A stretch of 59,303 nucleotides of DNA, counting the filler. It is 6 parts of 6 records of this genome, joined end to end, with 100 filler letters (N's around TTAATTAATTAA, not from the genome) between each part and the next. Parts side by side here need not be neighbours in the genome. Positions count along the whole stretch, not along the records: positions 17,473 to 23,296 come from DRR723986_14869; positions 23,397 to 39,611 come from DRR723986_15046; 4 more parts are not named here. One strand, written 5' to 3'. The translations under genes and the position numbers were made by a program. The notes beneath the pieces were generated by a model. That model did not search any database. It was not told the DNA's origin and saw only the letters and a list, made by a program, of their open reading frames with translations. The number at the start of each line of letters is the position of its first letter. The stretch's first letter is position 1. Shown here one piece after another: positions 20,608-29,425 of the stretch.

Positions 20608-21345
20608 ATGGCACGTGCAGATACCCCAAGCAGGCTCAGGCGGCTCGAATTGTTGGCGGTTCAGCTCAAGCAGGACAGCCATTGCACGGTCAAGGATCTG
20701 GCACAGCAGCACGGCGTCAGTCCGCGCACGATTGCGCGTGATCTGGCGTTGATGCGGGACCACCACGGCATGCAGATTGACGCGGACCGGGGGCGTGGCG
20801 GCGGCCTGCGTCTGGATCGGAATTGGGGCGTGGGCCGATTGAACCTCACCTATGGTGATGCGGTGGATCTGTTGATCAGCATCGCAGTGGCACAGCAGAT
20901 GAATTCGCCAATGTTTCTGGCCAATCTGGACAGTGTCCGGCGGCAGCTTGTAGCGTCCTTTTCTGCGGAAAAACGCAAGAAGGTGGACCTGTTGAAATCG
21001 CGCATTCTGGTTGGGGTGACGGCCTCGACCTATGTGCAGGCCAGCGCAGATGCGCCGCCCAAACGGGTGGTGCAGGCGCTGCATCAGGCGTTCATCGGTC
21101 AGGAGTTGCTTGAGATCGCCTATCGACGCGAAGACGGAGAGACCTCCAAGCGCCGGATTGAGCCACATTATCTGTTGTTGAAATATCCGGTTTGGTACGT
21201 GGTTGCGGTGGATCACCTGCGGGGCGGGCCGAGAACCTTTCGCTGTGACCGGATCATCTCTGCGACGCGGACGGACCAGAGCTTTCGTTTGCAAAAGCCA
21301 GAGGCCTTTGGCCCGGATCTGGCCAGGGGAGAGCTATCTGTCTGA
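20608..21345 (+). CDS. YafY-family HTH-WYL transcriptional regulator
   Basis: LAQQHGVSPRTIARDL, GRGGG, RRIEPHYL, WYVVA, RTFRCDRI; short form without an evident WCX domain. Confidence 0.9.
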   Translation: MARADTPSRLRRLELLAVQLKQDSHCTVKDLAQQHGVSPRTIARDLALMRDHHGMQIDADRGRGGGLRLDRNWGVGRLNLTYGDAVDLLISIAVAQQMNSPMFLANLDSVRRQLVASFSAEKRKKVDLLKSRILVGVTASTYVQASADAPPKRVVQALHQAFIGQELLEIAYRREDGETSKRRIEPHYLLLKYPVWYVVAVDHLRGGPRTFRCDRIISATRTDQSFRLQKPEAFGPDLARGELSV

Positions 21346-21473
21346 GGGAGCTGAGGCCGCGGCGTGCCCTTTGAACTGTGTTGCGTTCACATTGAATTGT
21401 GTTCAGTGGCATTCCGATACAGGCTTGGTTAGGCTCTTGTGACACAACATCGCCCATGACGGCAGGAACTCAC

Positions 21474-22100
21474 ATGGCAGACACCCATATCTCCACAACC
21501 AACCGATATGACATCGCCGCCCCGCGTTGGGGCGACAAGATGCGGACGCTTGGCTACTACGATGGCTACTTGGGCTTTCTGTCTGCGCCAACCCGGCTTG
21601 AGGGGCGCAACCAGCGGGTCATTGATGTGGGGTCCGGGACCGGCGCATTTGCCGAAGCATGGGTGGCCATACATGGCCCGCCGCGCGAATTGACCCTGCT
21701 GGAACCCAGCGCAGCGATGCTGGAGCGTGGCAAAGCGGCATTGAACAGGCGCGGTTTGGAACCGCGGATGGTGCAGGCACTGTTGGGACAGACGACTGAT
21801 ACAGCCCCCTGCGATGTGGTTCTGGCGGCGCATGTTCTGGAACATTGTGATGATCCGTTGACGGCACTCGGGCAGATGCGGGATATGCTCGTCCCCGGAG
21901 GGCAACTGCGCCTCGTTGTGTCCAAGCCGCATTGGTGCAACGCGATCATCTGGTTGCAGTGGCGGCACCGGACCTTTCAAAAGGCGGAGATCTTGGCTCT
22001 GGTTCAGGACGCCGGTTTTGAGGTGGAGCAGGTTTACGCCTTCCCGTCCGGCCCCCCCTCACGCACCAGTCAGGGGATCGTTGCGCGCCGAAGTGGCTGA
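21474..22100 (+). CDS. Class I SAM-dependent methyltransferase
   Basis: VIDVGSGTG, EPSAAML, DVVLAAHVLEH, LVPGG. Confidence 0.88.
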   Translation: MADTHISTTNRYDIAAPRWGDKMRTLGYYDGYLGFLSAPTRLEGRNQRVIDVGSGTGAFAEAWVAIHGPPRELTLLEPSAAMLERGKAALNRRGLEPRMVQALLGQTTDTAPCDVVLAAHVLEHCDDPLTALGQMRDMLVPGGQLRLVVSKPHWCNAIIWLQWRHRTFQKAEILALVQDAGFEVEQVYAFPSGPPSRTSQGIVARRSG

Positions 22101-22191
22101 TGACCTGCTGATGAGAGCAGTGCAGGCGTGCCGCGGTATTGGATCTTGAACAGATGGTTCCATCGTCACGAGACCCAGCATGTGATCCGCG

Positions 22192-22608
22192 TTATCCGTC
22201 CCGGCCCGGCTCATCCGGATTGCTGGAGAACAACGCGATCTTGTTGCCCTGCGGATCACGAAGATAGCTGACGTAGAAATGCGGACCATAAGCGGCGCGA
22301 AACCCCGGTTGGCCTTCGTCAAAACCACCCGCGTCCAGGGCTGCGGCATGCAGGTCGCGCACCTGGCTTTGGCGTCGCGCTTCAAAGGCCACCATTGCCC
22401 CGTTCCCGGCGGAGGCCGCACGCCCGTCAAAGGTCGGTTTCACGTAGAAATCCGGCAAAACCGGTGACTGCCCCGGTGCAACCGGCAACGCAAAGCTGAG
22501 CCCCTCCGGCCCTTCGTCCAACCCGTACCCGAGCGCGGGCAGGAAGGCACAGTAGAACCGCTTTGCCAGCGCGATGTCATCTGCGCCGACCGTGACATAG
22601 GCAATCAT
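22192..22608 (-). CDS. VOC/glyoxalase family protein
   Basis: MIAYVTVGADD, GNGAMVAF, GGFDEGQPGFR, YLRDPQGNKI. Confidence 0.9.
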   Translation of the reverse strand: MIAYVTVGADDIALAKRFYCAFLPALGYGLDEGPEGLSFALPVAPGQSPVLPDFYVKPTFDGRAASAGNGAMVAFEARRQSQVRDLHAAALDAGGFDEGQPGFRAAYGPHFYVSYLRDPQGNKIALFSSNPDEPGRDG

Positions 22609-22722
22609 CTGTGATGTTCCTTTCAAGGCGTCCGGGATCGGCAATGTGCGGGCTGCGGCGGGGGAGGTCAACAGACATGAGGTCGCCGCTGACCGGACCC
22701 ACGCACGCCCCTGTCCCAAAAC

Positions 22723-22748
22723 AAAAGGCACCGCCAATGGCGATGCCT
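22723..22748 (-). terminator. Terminator downstream of bactofilin
   Basis: AAAAGGCACCGCC-aat-GGCGATGCCT, giving a hairpin with U-tail on the minus strand. Confidence 0.55.
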
Positions 22749-22773
22749 CTCAATTCTTGAAATGTTGCGCCGC

Positions 22774-23277
22774 TTAGCTGGCTGGGTTCGCCTTGGCCGC
22801 TGGCGCAGCTTTTGCACCGGGGTTCAATGGATCGTCCTGACGCTGTACCGAACCCTCAAAATGGGCGCCGGATTCGATGGCGATGGTCTTGTGAATGATA
22901 TCGCCCTCAACACGGGCCGTAGAGGTCAGGCGCACCTTGAGGCCGCGCACACGGCCCACAATGCGGCCGTTGATCACAACATCATCGGCAACCACTTCGC
23001 CTTTGATTGTGGCGGTTTCGCCGATGGTCAGCAGATGCGCACGAATGTCGCCCTCGACCGTGCCTTCGACCTGAATGTCGCCGGTGGTCTTCATGTTGCC
23101 CGTCACATGCAGGTCCGCAGACAGCACAGAGGCAGGTGGCTTGGCCTTTGGGGCGCTGGCCTTGAATTCGCTCGACGTGGTCTGTGTCGAAGCGGCAGGC
23201 GCTTGTGGTGCCGCAGGTTTGGGCGCATCGGCGTCCTTTGTTGGGGCGGGGTCGTTGATTTTGCTTTTAGAAAACAT
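22774..23277 (-). CDS. Bactofilin (polymer-forming cytoskeletal protein)
   Basis: MFSK N-terminus and beta-helical repeats (LHVTGNM.TTGDIQVEGTVEGDI...IESGAHFEG). Confidence 0.93.
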   Translation of the reverse strand: MFSKSKINDPAPTKDADAPKPAAPQAPAASTQTTSSEFKASAPKAKPPASVLSADLHVTGNMKTTGDIQVEGTVEGDIRAHLLTIGETATIKGEVVADDVVINGRIVGRVRGLKVRLTSTARVEGDIIHKTIAIESGAHFEGSVQRQDDPLNPGAKAAPAAKANPAS

Positions 23278-23296
23278 CGTTTGCAGCCTTGATATA
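23267..23296 (-). CDS. C-terminal tip of upstream gene, probably an M23 peptidase
   Basis: YIKAANDVF* overlaps the bactofilin start; M23 peptidase-bactofilin coupling is common in alphaproteobacteria. Confidence 0.55.
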   Translation of the reverse strand, partial: YIKAANDVF

Positions 23297-23396
23297 NNNN
23301 NNNNNNNNNNNNNNNNNNNNNNNNNNNNNNNNNNNNNNNNTTAATTAATTAANNNNNNNNNNNNNNNNNNNNNNNNNNNNNNNNNNNNNNNNNNNN
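23297..23396. other. Artificial contig spacer
   Basis: N-run + TTAATTAATTAA + N-run. Confidence 0.98.
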
Positions 23397-23421
23397 GGGT
23401 CGAGCCCTAAGGGCTCGACCC
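23397..23421. repeat. Perfect palindrome at contig start (REP-like)
   Basis: GGGTCGAGCCCT-A-AGGGCTCGACCC. Confidence 0.75.
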
Positions 23422-23674
23422 GGTTCCCAAAAATTCAAGATTCAATTTTTCAACCGCTCCTCCCAAATCCCACCACACAAACTCCAATCCACCGACCGCA
23501 AAACCACTTTGCCTTGCATTTGTCGATTTCTCAAGAAGTTGGAAATCCAGGCCAAGTGTTACGCCAGTTCCAGTGAGAAACAAACGCCAATCCGCCAGTC
23601 CCAATCCGCCAGTTCGCAAGACCTTCGTTAAATGCTAATGTACGCGTCTTAGTCTAAAGGCTTTGAAGACAACT

Positions 23675-23742
23675 CCAAGCTGTTAGCCTTAGGCTAACAG
23701 CTGCTATCACACCCCCAAGCTAACAGCCTTAGGCTAACAGCT
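23675..23742. repeat. Tandem pair of REP-like palindromes
   Basis: CCAAGCTGTTAGCCTTAGGCTAACAGCT and CCAAGCTAACAGCCTTAGGCTAACAGCT, 40 nt apart. Confidence 0.75.
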
Positions 23743-23761
23743 TCAAACTTAACAATCTTCT

Positions 23762-24922
23762 TCACCCCATCCTGCGCAACACTATCTCCAGCGGCCCCCG
23801 CGCAAATCGTTTTAACCACAAAGACGCAAACAATACACTGCTGCCGCAAAACAGAGTGACCGCCACAAAATACACCAGCAGCTTCGGATCAAACCCCAAA
23901 TCTCCCAGTCCCAGTGCCTGCATAATTTCTGTTAACCAAAGTCCCTGCGCTACACCCTGCGCGGCGTCCGGCGACACCAGCATGCCGAGCGCCTCCAAAA
24001 CTCCAAGGCCAATAATCACGTGCGCAACGTACAGTGTTAATGACATTTGTCCCGTCGCCACCAAAGCTTTCATGATCCTGCTGTGCTCATAGCGCAATCC
24101 CAAATCAACACATTTTGCAATAACGGCACAAGCAAAACCACCGCCGGCGAGCATGTACAGAGGCACCGGCGGCATCGGACTTGCTCCGAACAAATCCGCA
24201 GTCTGCAAAAGCTCCGCAGCATTTATGATGTCCGTTATCAAGTAAATGATGGCACGACTTGTTAATTCGGCTAGAATAAACACTCCCGCTCCCCAGGCAA
24301 AGACTTTCTTGCGCACAGCTTTGTTGTTCCAGTCAAGACGGCCAAGAATCAGCCCCAAGAGCATGAACGCCAACCACGGCAGCGCGGGATGAAATCCATT
24401 AAACAACAGATGCCGCAGCATCCCCTCCAAGGTCCAGAAATCAAGATATGTTAAAGTCGCAAAGTTCCAACCGGCCTCATAGTCAAACATAAACAGACTA
24501 ACGAAAAAGCCGAGAACAAGACCGAAAATCCAGGTCCACAACACACGTTCAGAGGCATAAAGCAGCAGCACAGCCGCCGCGATGTAAACACCATAAAAGT
24601 GCAAGATATCCGCCGGCCAAATAGGTGTGTAAGCCAGCCCTATCACAAATAGAATGAGTGCGCGTTTAAGTAGTGATTTGCGATGCCGATTCCGCCGCTC
24701 CAAATCCTGGTTGCGGCGTGCCGAATTTGTCATCAGCGCTAAACCAATTCCAGCCAAGACAACAAATGTTGCCGCCGCACGGCCCTCCAACAATTTAAAC
24801 ATATCAAGCAAAGTGGATGGCGCATATTCCCCCAGCCCCATGGCAATCTTAAAATTTACCAGGACCATGCCAAACACCGCCAGCGCGCGCGCCAGATCAA
24901 AACCAATAATGCGAACTTTCAC
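23762..24922 (-). CDS. DUF418/YeiB-like multi-pass membrane protein
   Basis: RIIGFDLARALAVFGM, DILHFYG, GQMSLTLYVAH, RGPLE. Confidence 0.85.
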   Translation of the reverse strand: MKVRIIGFDLARALAVFGMVLVNFKIAMGLGEYAPSTLLDMFKLLEGRAAATFVVLAGIGLALMTNSARRNQDLERRNRHRKSLLKRALILFVIGLAYTPIWPADILHFYGVYIAAAVLLLYASERVLWTWIFGLVLGFFVSLFMFDYEAGWNFATLTYLDFWTLEGMLRHLLFNGFHPALPWLAFMLLGLILGRLDWNNKAVRKKVFAWGAGVFILAELTSRAIIYLITDIINAAELLQTADLFGASPMPPVPLYMLAGGGFACAVIAKCVDLGLRYEHSRIMKALVATGQMSLTLYVAHVIIGLGVLEALGMLVSPDAAQGVAQGLWLTEIMQALGLGDLGFDPKLLVYFVAVTLFCGSSVLFASLWLKRFARGPLEIVLRRMG

Positions 24923-25443
24923 TATCGACCCTGCAAGTAATCCCAGTCGGGAGCGTATTTTGCAAAACGGATCGTGTCGTAGAATTGACCGTTGCGATAT
25001 ACTTCGCCCTTATGCAGTCCCTCGCGAACGTAACCACATTTCTCCAGCACACGTGTTGAAGCCAGGTTAGGAGACAGTACCGGTGCGAATAATTTGCGAA
25101 ACTTATATTCACTAAATGCAATGTCGGTCATTTGTTTAAGAGCGACTGTTGTAATTCCGCGGCCCCAATACTCTTCTGCCAACCAGTAGCCGATTTCAGC
25201 CTGATGTTTACGCCAGCCCTTCTGCGGCGTAATGCCAACTCCACCAACAAACACGCCATCCAGCTCTACAACCCGGCTAATACTTTCTGCAAAGTTACCC
25301 TCGCGAATCCACCACTCAGCGTCATTCAGCGTGTACGGATGCGGAAATGTGTCAACAAGATATTGTGCGACTCTAAAATTGTTCGCCAGTTGTACCAGAC
25401 GCTCTGCATCGGTCTCAAGGTATTCACGAAATGTCACTTTCAT
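24922..25443 (-). CDS. RimJ/RimL-type GNAT acetyltransferase
   Basis: FPHPYT, AEIGYWL..YWGRGITT, NLASTRVLEKCGY. Confidence 0.9.
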   Translation of the reverse strand: MKVTFREYLETDAERLVQLANNFRVAQYLVDTFPHPYTLNDAEWWIREGNFAESISRVVELDGVFVGGVGITPQKGWRKHQAEIGYWLAEEYWGRGITTVALKQMTDIAFSEYKFRKLFAPVLSPNLASTRVLEKCGYVREGLHKGEVYRNGQFYDTIRFAKYAPDWDYLQGR

Positions 25444-25616
25444 GCGATTTCTCGTATTGGTTTGATTGATGTGTCAAATATAAGATAATCTCAATAAACC
25501 AGGGCCGCAATTTTAACATATTCGCGCAATAATCGCTTCGCTTCATGATTAACACAAAGTGGTGCCGATCAGAACTGCGAACTCTCCAGACAATTGTTAT
25601 CAATACTCATGAAGAT

Positions 25617-27728
25617 TTAGTCCCGACGAACGACAAGCGGCACAACTTGCCTCCAGTCTCGACCTGTTAACTGTGCATAATACACACCGGACTTTAGACC
25701 TGTCAGGTTCAGCGAAAAACCTGTCACCCCCTGTTCCAGCTGTAAAACTTCCGGTGGTGTCACAATCCGCCCAAGCATATCTGAAATCTGGATACTACAT
25801 GTTCCGCTGTTAATCGAATGCATTACAAGCGTGGCCTGATCAATCACAGGGTTTGGCTGAATAATGGGCCTGATGTCCTGATTATTGTGTCCTCCGGGGT
25901 TAGCTGCATGTGTGACGATTTCACGGCCGTCAGTAACGCGAATATTGTCAATGTATAAATTATTACCACCGTCCGTCACGTTAACAAATTTGAGTTGAGC
26001 ATATGTCTCATTGCGATAACTGTTCAGGTTAATGTGGGCCGTGCGCCATTGGGATTCTGTCGGCACAAACGGTTCACTCGTCGTTGGCGCAGTTACCAGG
26101 CTGCTTCCCGAACTATTTAAGACCGGCACAAAATTGAGGCCACAGTCCGTCGAAAGCAGTACGAGTAGATCGTCCGAAATATTGCGGTCAGAGCGCGCAT
26201 ACGCCCATTCAAAACGCATAAAGAAGTTCGAATCCGGATGTGCGGTACTGAAATCAAGATACGGCAGTACCATCTCATCTGTAGAACCGTAGTTTGTGTT
26301 TATCAGATTGTTAATACGCACCGAAAATCGGCCGGAATGTGCCGCCGCCGAATCCAGTTCCCAGCTCACTCCACCATCAGAGTTAACAATCGTGATATTC
26401 TCGGGCGGAAATTGACCGTCATCAAAATTTTGTAACAGCGGAATTGCGCGACCATTCCCCGGAGGACGGACAACAATATAATCTTCAACGCTATAGCTGT
26501 CACTACCCGAAGCATTGTTTACCGTCAGACTAACCTTAAAACTTCCGGTAGACTCATAGAGGACTGTCGGGTTCGGCTGATTTGATTGCGCCGGCTCACC
26601 ACCCTCAAATTCCCAATTCCATGACGTGGCGCCGTTTAATGAAACATCCATGAAGTACACGGCATTACCGGTGCAGATTTCACGAGTTAGACACACAAAA
26701 TCAGCGACTATGGGACATTCATCCGGTGCCTGGTAGTCGGCGTTACAGCCTGTTGCGATCAGGTTCTGCTGACTCCAGATTTCTGTCCGAATGTTATCAA
26801 GTGTCGCCAGCATACGCTCTTTTTGCCCTTGGCTAAACATATTCTTGCAGGCATCCGGCGTATAATCCATGTAATTTTCAATTGGGTCATTAACATCCGG
26901 CATGTCAATTGAGCAGGAGTTAACAACCTTGCACTCAAAATGTGGCACTGACGCGGGCGGGGTGTCACAGACTTTATCTCCGTCCAGACAGATATCACTA
27001 CCGCAGCCATCCTGAAACACATGGAATAGCCCAAGCCAGTGCCCAAGCTCGTGGGTTAATGTCCGTCCCAGGCCTTGCGCCGTACTGCCGAATCCTTCAG
27101 CCCCAAAACGATCGTGCCGGATAACAATCCCGTCTTCCCTGGCCGGTCCGTCCGGAAATGAGGAATATCCGTCAACGCTTCCTAAGATGGACTTAACGAC
27201 ATAGATATTAACATAGCGCGTATTATCCCAAAAACTCAGTTCCGTTAACAGTGGTCGCTGAAATGCCTGGTGATGTGTTAATGGTGTGTTAATCCTCACG
27301 ATCCCATCGGTGCAATTTCCGTCGGGATCAATTTTTGCCAAACAAAAGCGAATTTCGGTGTCAACTCCCTGTCCATCACCGTTTGTGCCGCTAATTTTGC
27401 CGTAGTCTTCGTTAATTATTTCAATCTGGCGCGCAATTTGTTCGCGAGCAATATTCGCATTTCCACCCTCGTGCAAAACGTGTACAACTACGGGAATTGT
27501 ACGCGGCTCGCCTTCCATCAAGAGACGGTCAGGAGAACTTTTACGAGCTGCAACTCCCGCCTGGATTTTGTGTTCTGCGCGTTGAATGTGGTGCAACTCA
27601 TTGACATCGTCAAACGCACAGGATGTGTGCTGCCCAGCATTTAAGGCGATTGCCGCTGACGTAAACAACAAGCCCAACAACATCGCTGTCGGCAGACTAC
27701 TTTTAACAATTGTATCAATAACTTGCAT
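25617..27728 (-). CDS. M43 (pappalysin/ulilysin) zinc metalloprotease with PKD domain and T9SS-type C-terminal domain
   Basis: HELGHWLGLFH, DKVCDTP, NYMDY Met-turn, PKD (TSWNWEFEGG...VSLTVNN), CTD (QPNP...DMLGRIV...SGVYY). Confidence 0.9.
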   Translation of the reverse strand: MQVIDTIVKSSLPTAMLLGLLFTSAAIALNAGQHTSCAFDDVNELHHIQRAEHKIQAGVAARKSSPDRLLMEGEPRTIPVVVHVLHEGGNANIAREQIARQIEIINEDYGKISGTNGDGQGVDTEIRFCLAKIDPDGNCTDGIVRINTPLTHHQAFQRPLLTELSFWDNTRYVNIYVVKSILGSVDGYSSFPDGPAREDGIVIRHDRFGAEGFGSTAQGLGRTLTHELGHWLGLFHVFQDGCGSDICLDGDKVCDTPPASVPHFECKVVNSCSIDMPDVNDPIENYMDYTPDACKNMFSQGQKERMLATLDNIRTEIWSQQNLIATGCNADYQAPDECPIVADFVCLTREICTGNAVYFMDVSLNGATSWNWEFEGGEPAQSNQPNPTVLYESTGSFKVSLTVNNASGSDSYSVEDYIVVRPPGNGRAIPLLQNFDDGQFPPENITIVNSDGGVSWELDSAAAHSGRFSVRINNLINTNYGSTDEMVLPYLDFSTAHPDSNFFMRFEWAYARSDRNISDDLLVLLSTDCGLNFVPVLNSSGSSLVTAPTTSEPFVPTESQWRTAHINLNSYRNETYAQLKFVNVTDGGNNLYIDNIRVTDGREIVTHAANPGGHNNQDIRPIIQPNPVIDQATLVMHSINSGTCSIQISDMLGRIVTPPEVLQLEQGVTGFSLNLTGLKSGVYYAQLTGRDWRQVVPLVVRRD

Positions 27729-27731
27729 GAT

Positions 27732-27920
27732 TTACTCGTTTTGTTTAAAGTCTTGCTGGTAAAATGCACAATTTTTATCAATTCCGGAATCTAAGGCCTT
27801 CTCTGCTGACCAGAGCGCTTGCGCCCCGGCGCCCTCACTACTTTCGGTGCTTGTGGCTGGCTTATTTTCTTGTTTTGCACTGAGAGTAAAGTGTGAAGTA
27901 GTGGAGTTGTCCCAAGTCAT
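27732..27920 (-). CDS. Small hypothetical ORF or gene remnant
   Basis: 62 aa ending 3 nt before the protease start; no recognisable motif. Confidence 0.3.
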   Translation of the reverse strand: MTWDNSTTSHFTLSAKQENKPATSTESSEGAGAQALWSAEKALDSGIDKNCAFYQQDFKQNE

Positions 27921-27969
27921 CTAATTGGGCTGCCCATGTTAAGCGGCCGGGTGGGTTATGCATTGCTCC

Positions 27970-28662
27970 CTAACAGCTTTGCAAGGTCATGTACCACCTG
28001 GGGCCGTCCGGTGTATGCTCTAGAGCAAAGTAGAACAGACCGGCATCGCCGATTGAAAATCCAGACTTAAGAGTCTCCTGGCCATCGATTTGCAACACAA
28101 ACTCTAGTCTGGGTGACTCAGACTCAAACTCTTCAAGGATGGAGTCTTGAATACTTGTTGGCCAGCCACCAAGCTTAATGCCTTCGTGATTTGGGAACTG
28201 CTCATCGTATTCCTCTTCTCCTAAGCCGCCAGGCAGTGCCACTGGAATATCCAACCAAAGCGGATTGTCCATGACACGTTTCTTCACTCGCAAAGGAAAT
28301 TCTTTGAGTCCAAGAGCTACCCCAGGGGGCGGTAAATCGCACAACTGATCTGTATGTGAATACGAACGCACCAGATATGCTTCACTGCTTTCGTACAAGG
28401 CTTCTTCAGGATTCTGTGCCACAAACACTGTGATCAGTTTTATATCATTCAGTTCTGGTATCATGAAATCTAATTGACTGAAGTTGATCTGACACAGACC
28501 GAACATTGGTGCGCCATTGAATTCGGGCCAGGATTCATGTGGCAGGCCAACGCGTACATTACCGCAATAACTGGCCAGCAGCTTGTTATCCGGCCTGAAA
28601 CCACCGACTTGCAGGATTGCCGCCGGCCGCTGAATTTTTTGGGTGAAGTCTTGAGTAGCCAT
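27970..28662 (-). CDS. DUF1963/YwqG-like protein
   Basis: WPEFNGAPMFGLCQIN, KLGGWPTSIQ, FVLQID, IGDAGLFYF; GGAG before MATQ. Confidence 0.8.
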   Translation of the reverse strand: MATQDFTQKIQRPAAILQVGGFRPDNKLLASYCGNVRVGLPHESWPEFNGAPMFGLCQINFSQLDFMIPELNDIKLITVFVAQNPEEALYESSEAYLVRSYSHTDQLCDLPPPGVALGLKEFPLRVKKRVMDNPLWLDIPVALPGGLGEEEYDEQFPNHEGIKLGGWPTSIQDSILEEFESESPRLEFVLQIDGQETLKSGFSIGDAGLFYFALEHTPDGPRWYMTLQSC

Positions 28663-28796
28663 AAATTCTCCGGACCATTTTTGTTTCAAATGCCAATTCG
28701 ACTTAAACAGATTCACCAGCTGCCGGCTCCGCTCCCATCAACTAACAAAAAGAAAAACAAGCCGCGGGCTGCAAGCCGGGGCGAAGTGCTCAAAAC

Positions 28797-29384
28797 TCAA
28801 TTCTTAACGTTTTTGGTTGACGTTTTAAGCGTTTTACTTTCATATGGATACCCCAGGTCATTCAATGCTGTGCCGGTAACAAGTGCATATATCGCGCGCT
28901 CGGTGCTGTTTGTGTGAAAAACCAGGCCGCGTTTTTTCTCACGACCATTTTCGTCTGTAAAAGAAATCTCAAGCGTGTCAGGTGAAATCCAGGCGATGCC
29001 GCGCGACAAAAATATACTTGAAATTGCCGAACGCGGAATTAGGCTTTGAGTCGTGAATTTGCGTAAAGACTTCATTAACATTCCTGAGAACGATAAAAAT
29101 GAAAAAGTCGCACCAAAGGATTCAGCATGGTCCAATATGTTAAATGACGCCCAATCCGAGAATAGACCTTGCCCCGCCACGGTAAAGAACTCGCCACTTT
29201 GAATCAACCAGATAAGTAATAAAGCGGAAAGAGAAGTCCCGAAGACAGCAAAGAATCGCTCTTCACCATACATAAAACGCAGAAACTTGGCGCGAAAGCC
29301 AGACTCCTCGATTTCAATTTCGTCGGGACGGATGTGGACCTGGCCTATTCTGGTGTTAATTGTTCTATAATCGGTATCCATCAA
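28797..29384 (-). CDS. Hypothetical membrane protein
   Basis: 195-aa ORF with two hydrophobic segments, co-oriented downstream of the aminopropyltransferase. Confidence 0.65.
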   Translation of the reverse strand: MMDTDYRTINTRIGQVHIRPDEIEIEESGFRAKFLRFMYGEERFFAVFGTSLSALLLIWLIQSGEFFTVAGQGLFSDWASFNILDHAESFGATFSFLSFSGMLMKSLRKFTTQSLIPRSAISSIFLSRGIAWISPDTLEISFTDENGREKKRGLVFHTNSTERAIYALVTGTALNDLGYPYESKTLKTSTKNVKN

Positions 29385-29425
29385 TCGTTCTCAGGTAGTT
29401 GAGACTTGGTTAGTTTTGTGAGAGT

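Noticed and set aside
23407..23619. 70-aa minus-strand ORF
   Set aside because: No motif, runs through repeat and palindrome DNA, and has no support as a gene.
23397..23760. Possible CRISPR array
   Set aside because: Only two near-identical units with a 12-nt gap, no regular spacers and no cas genes.
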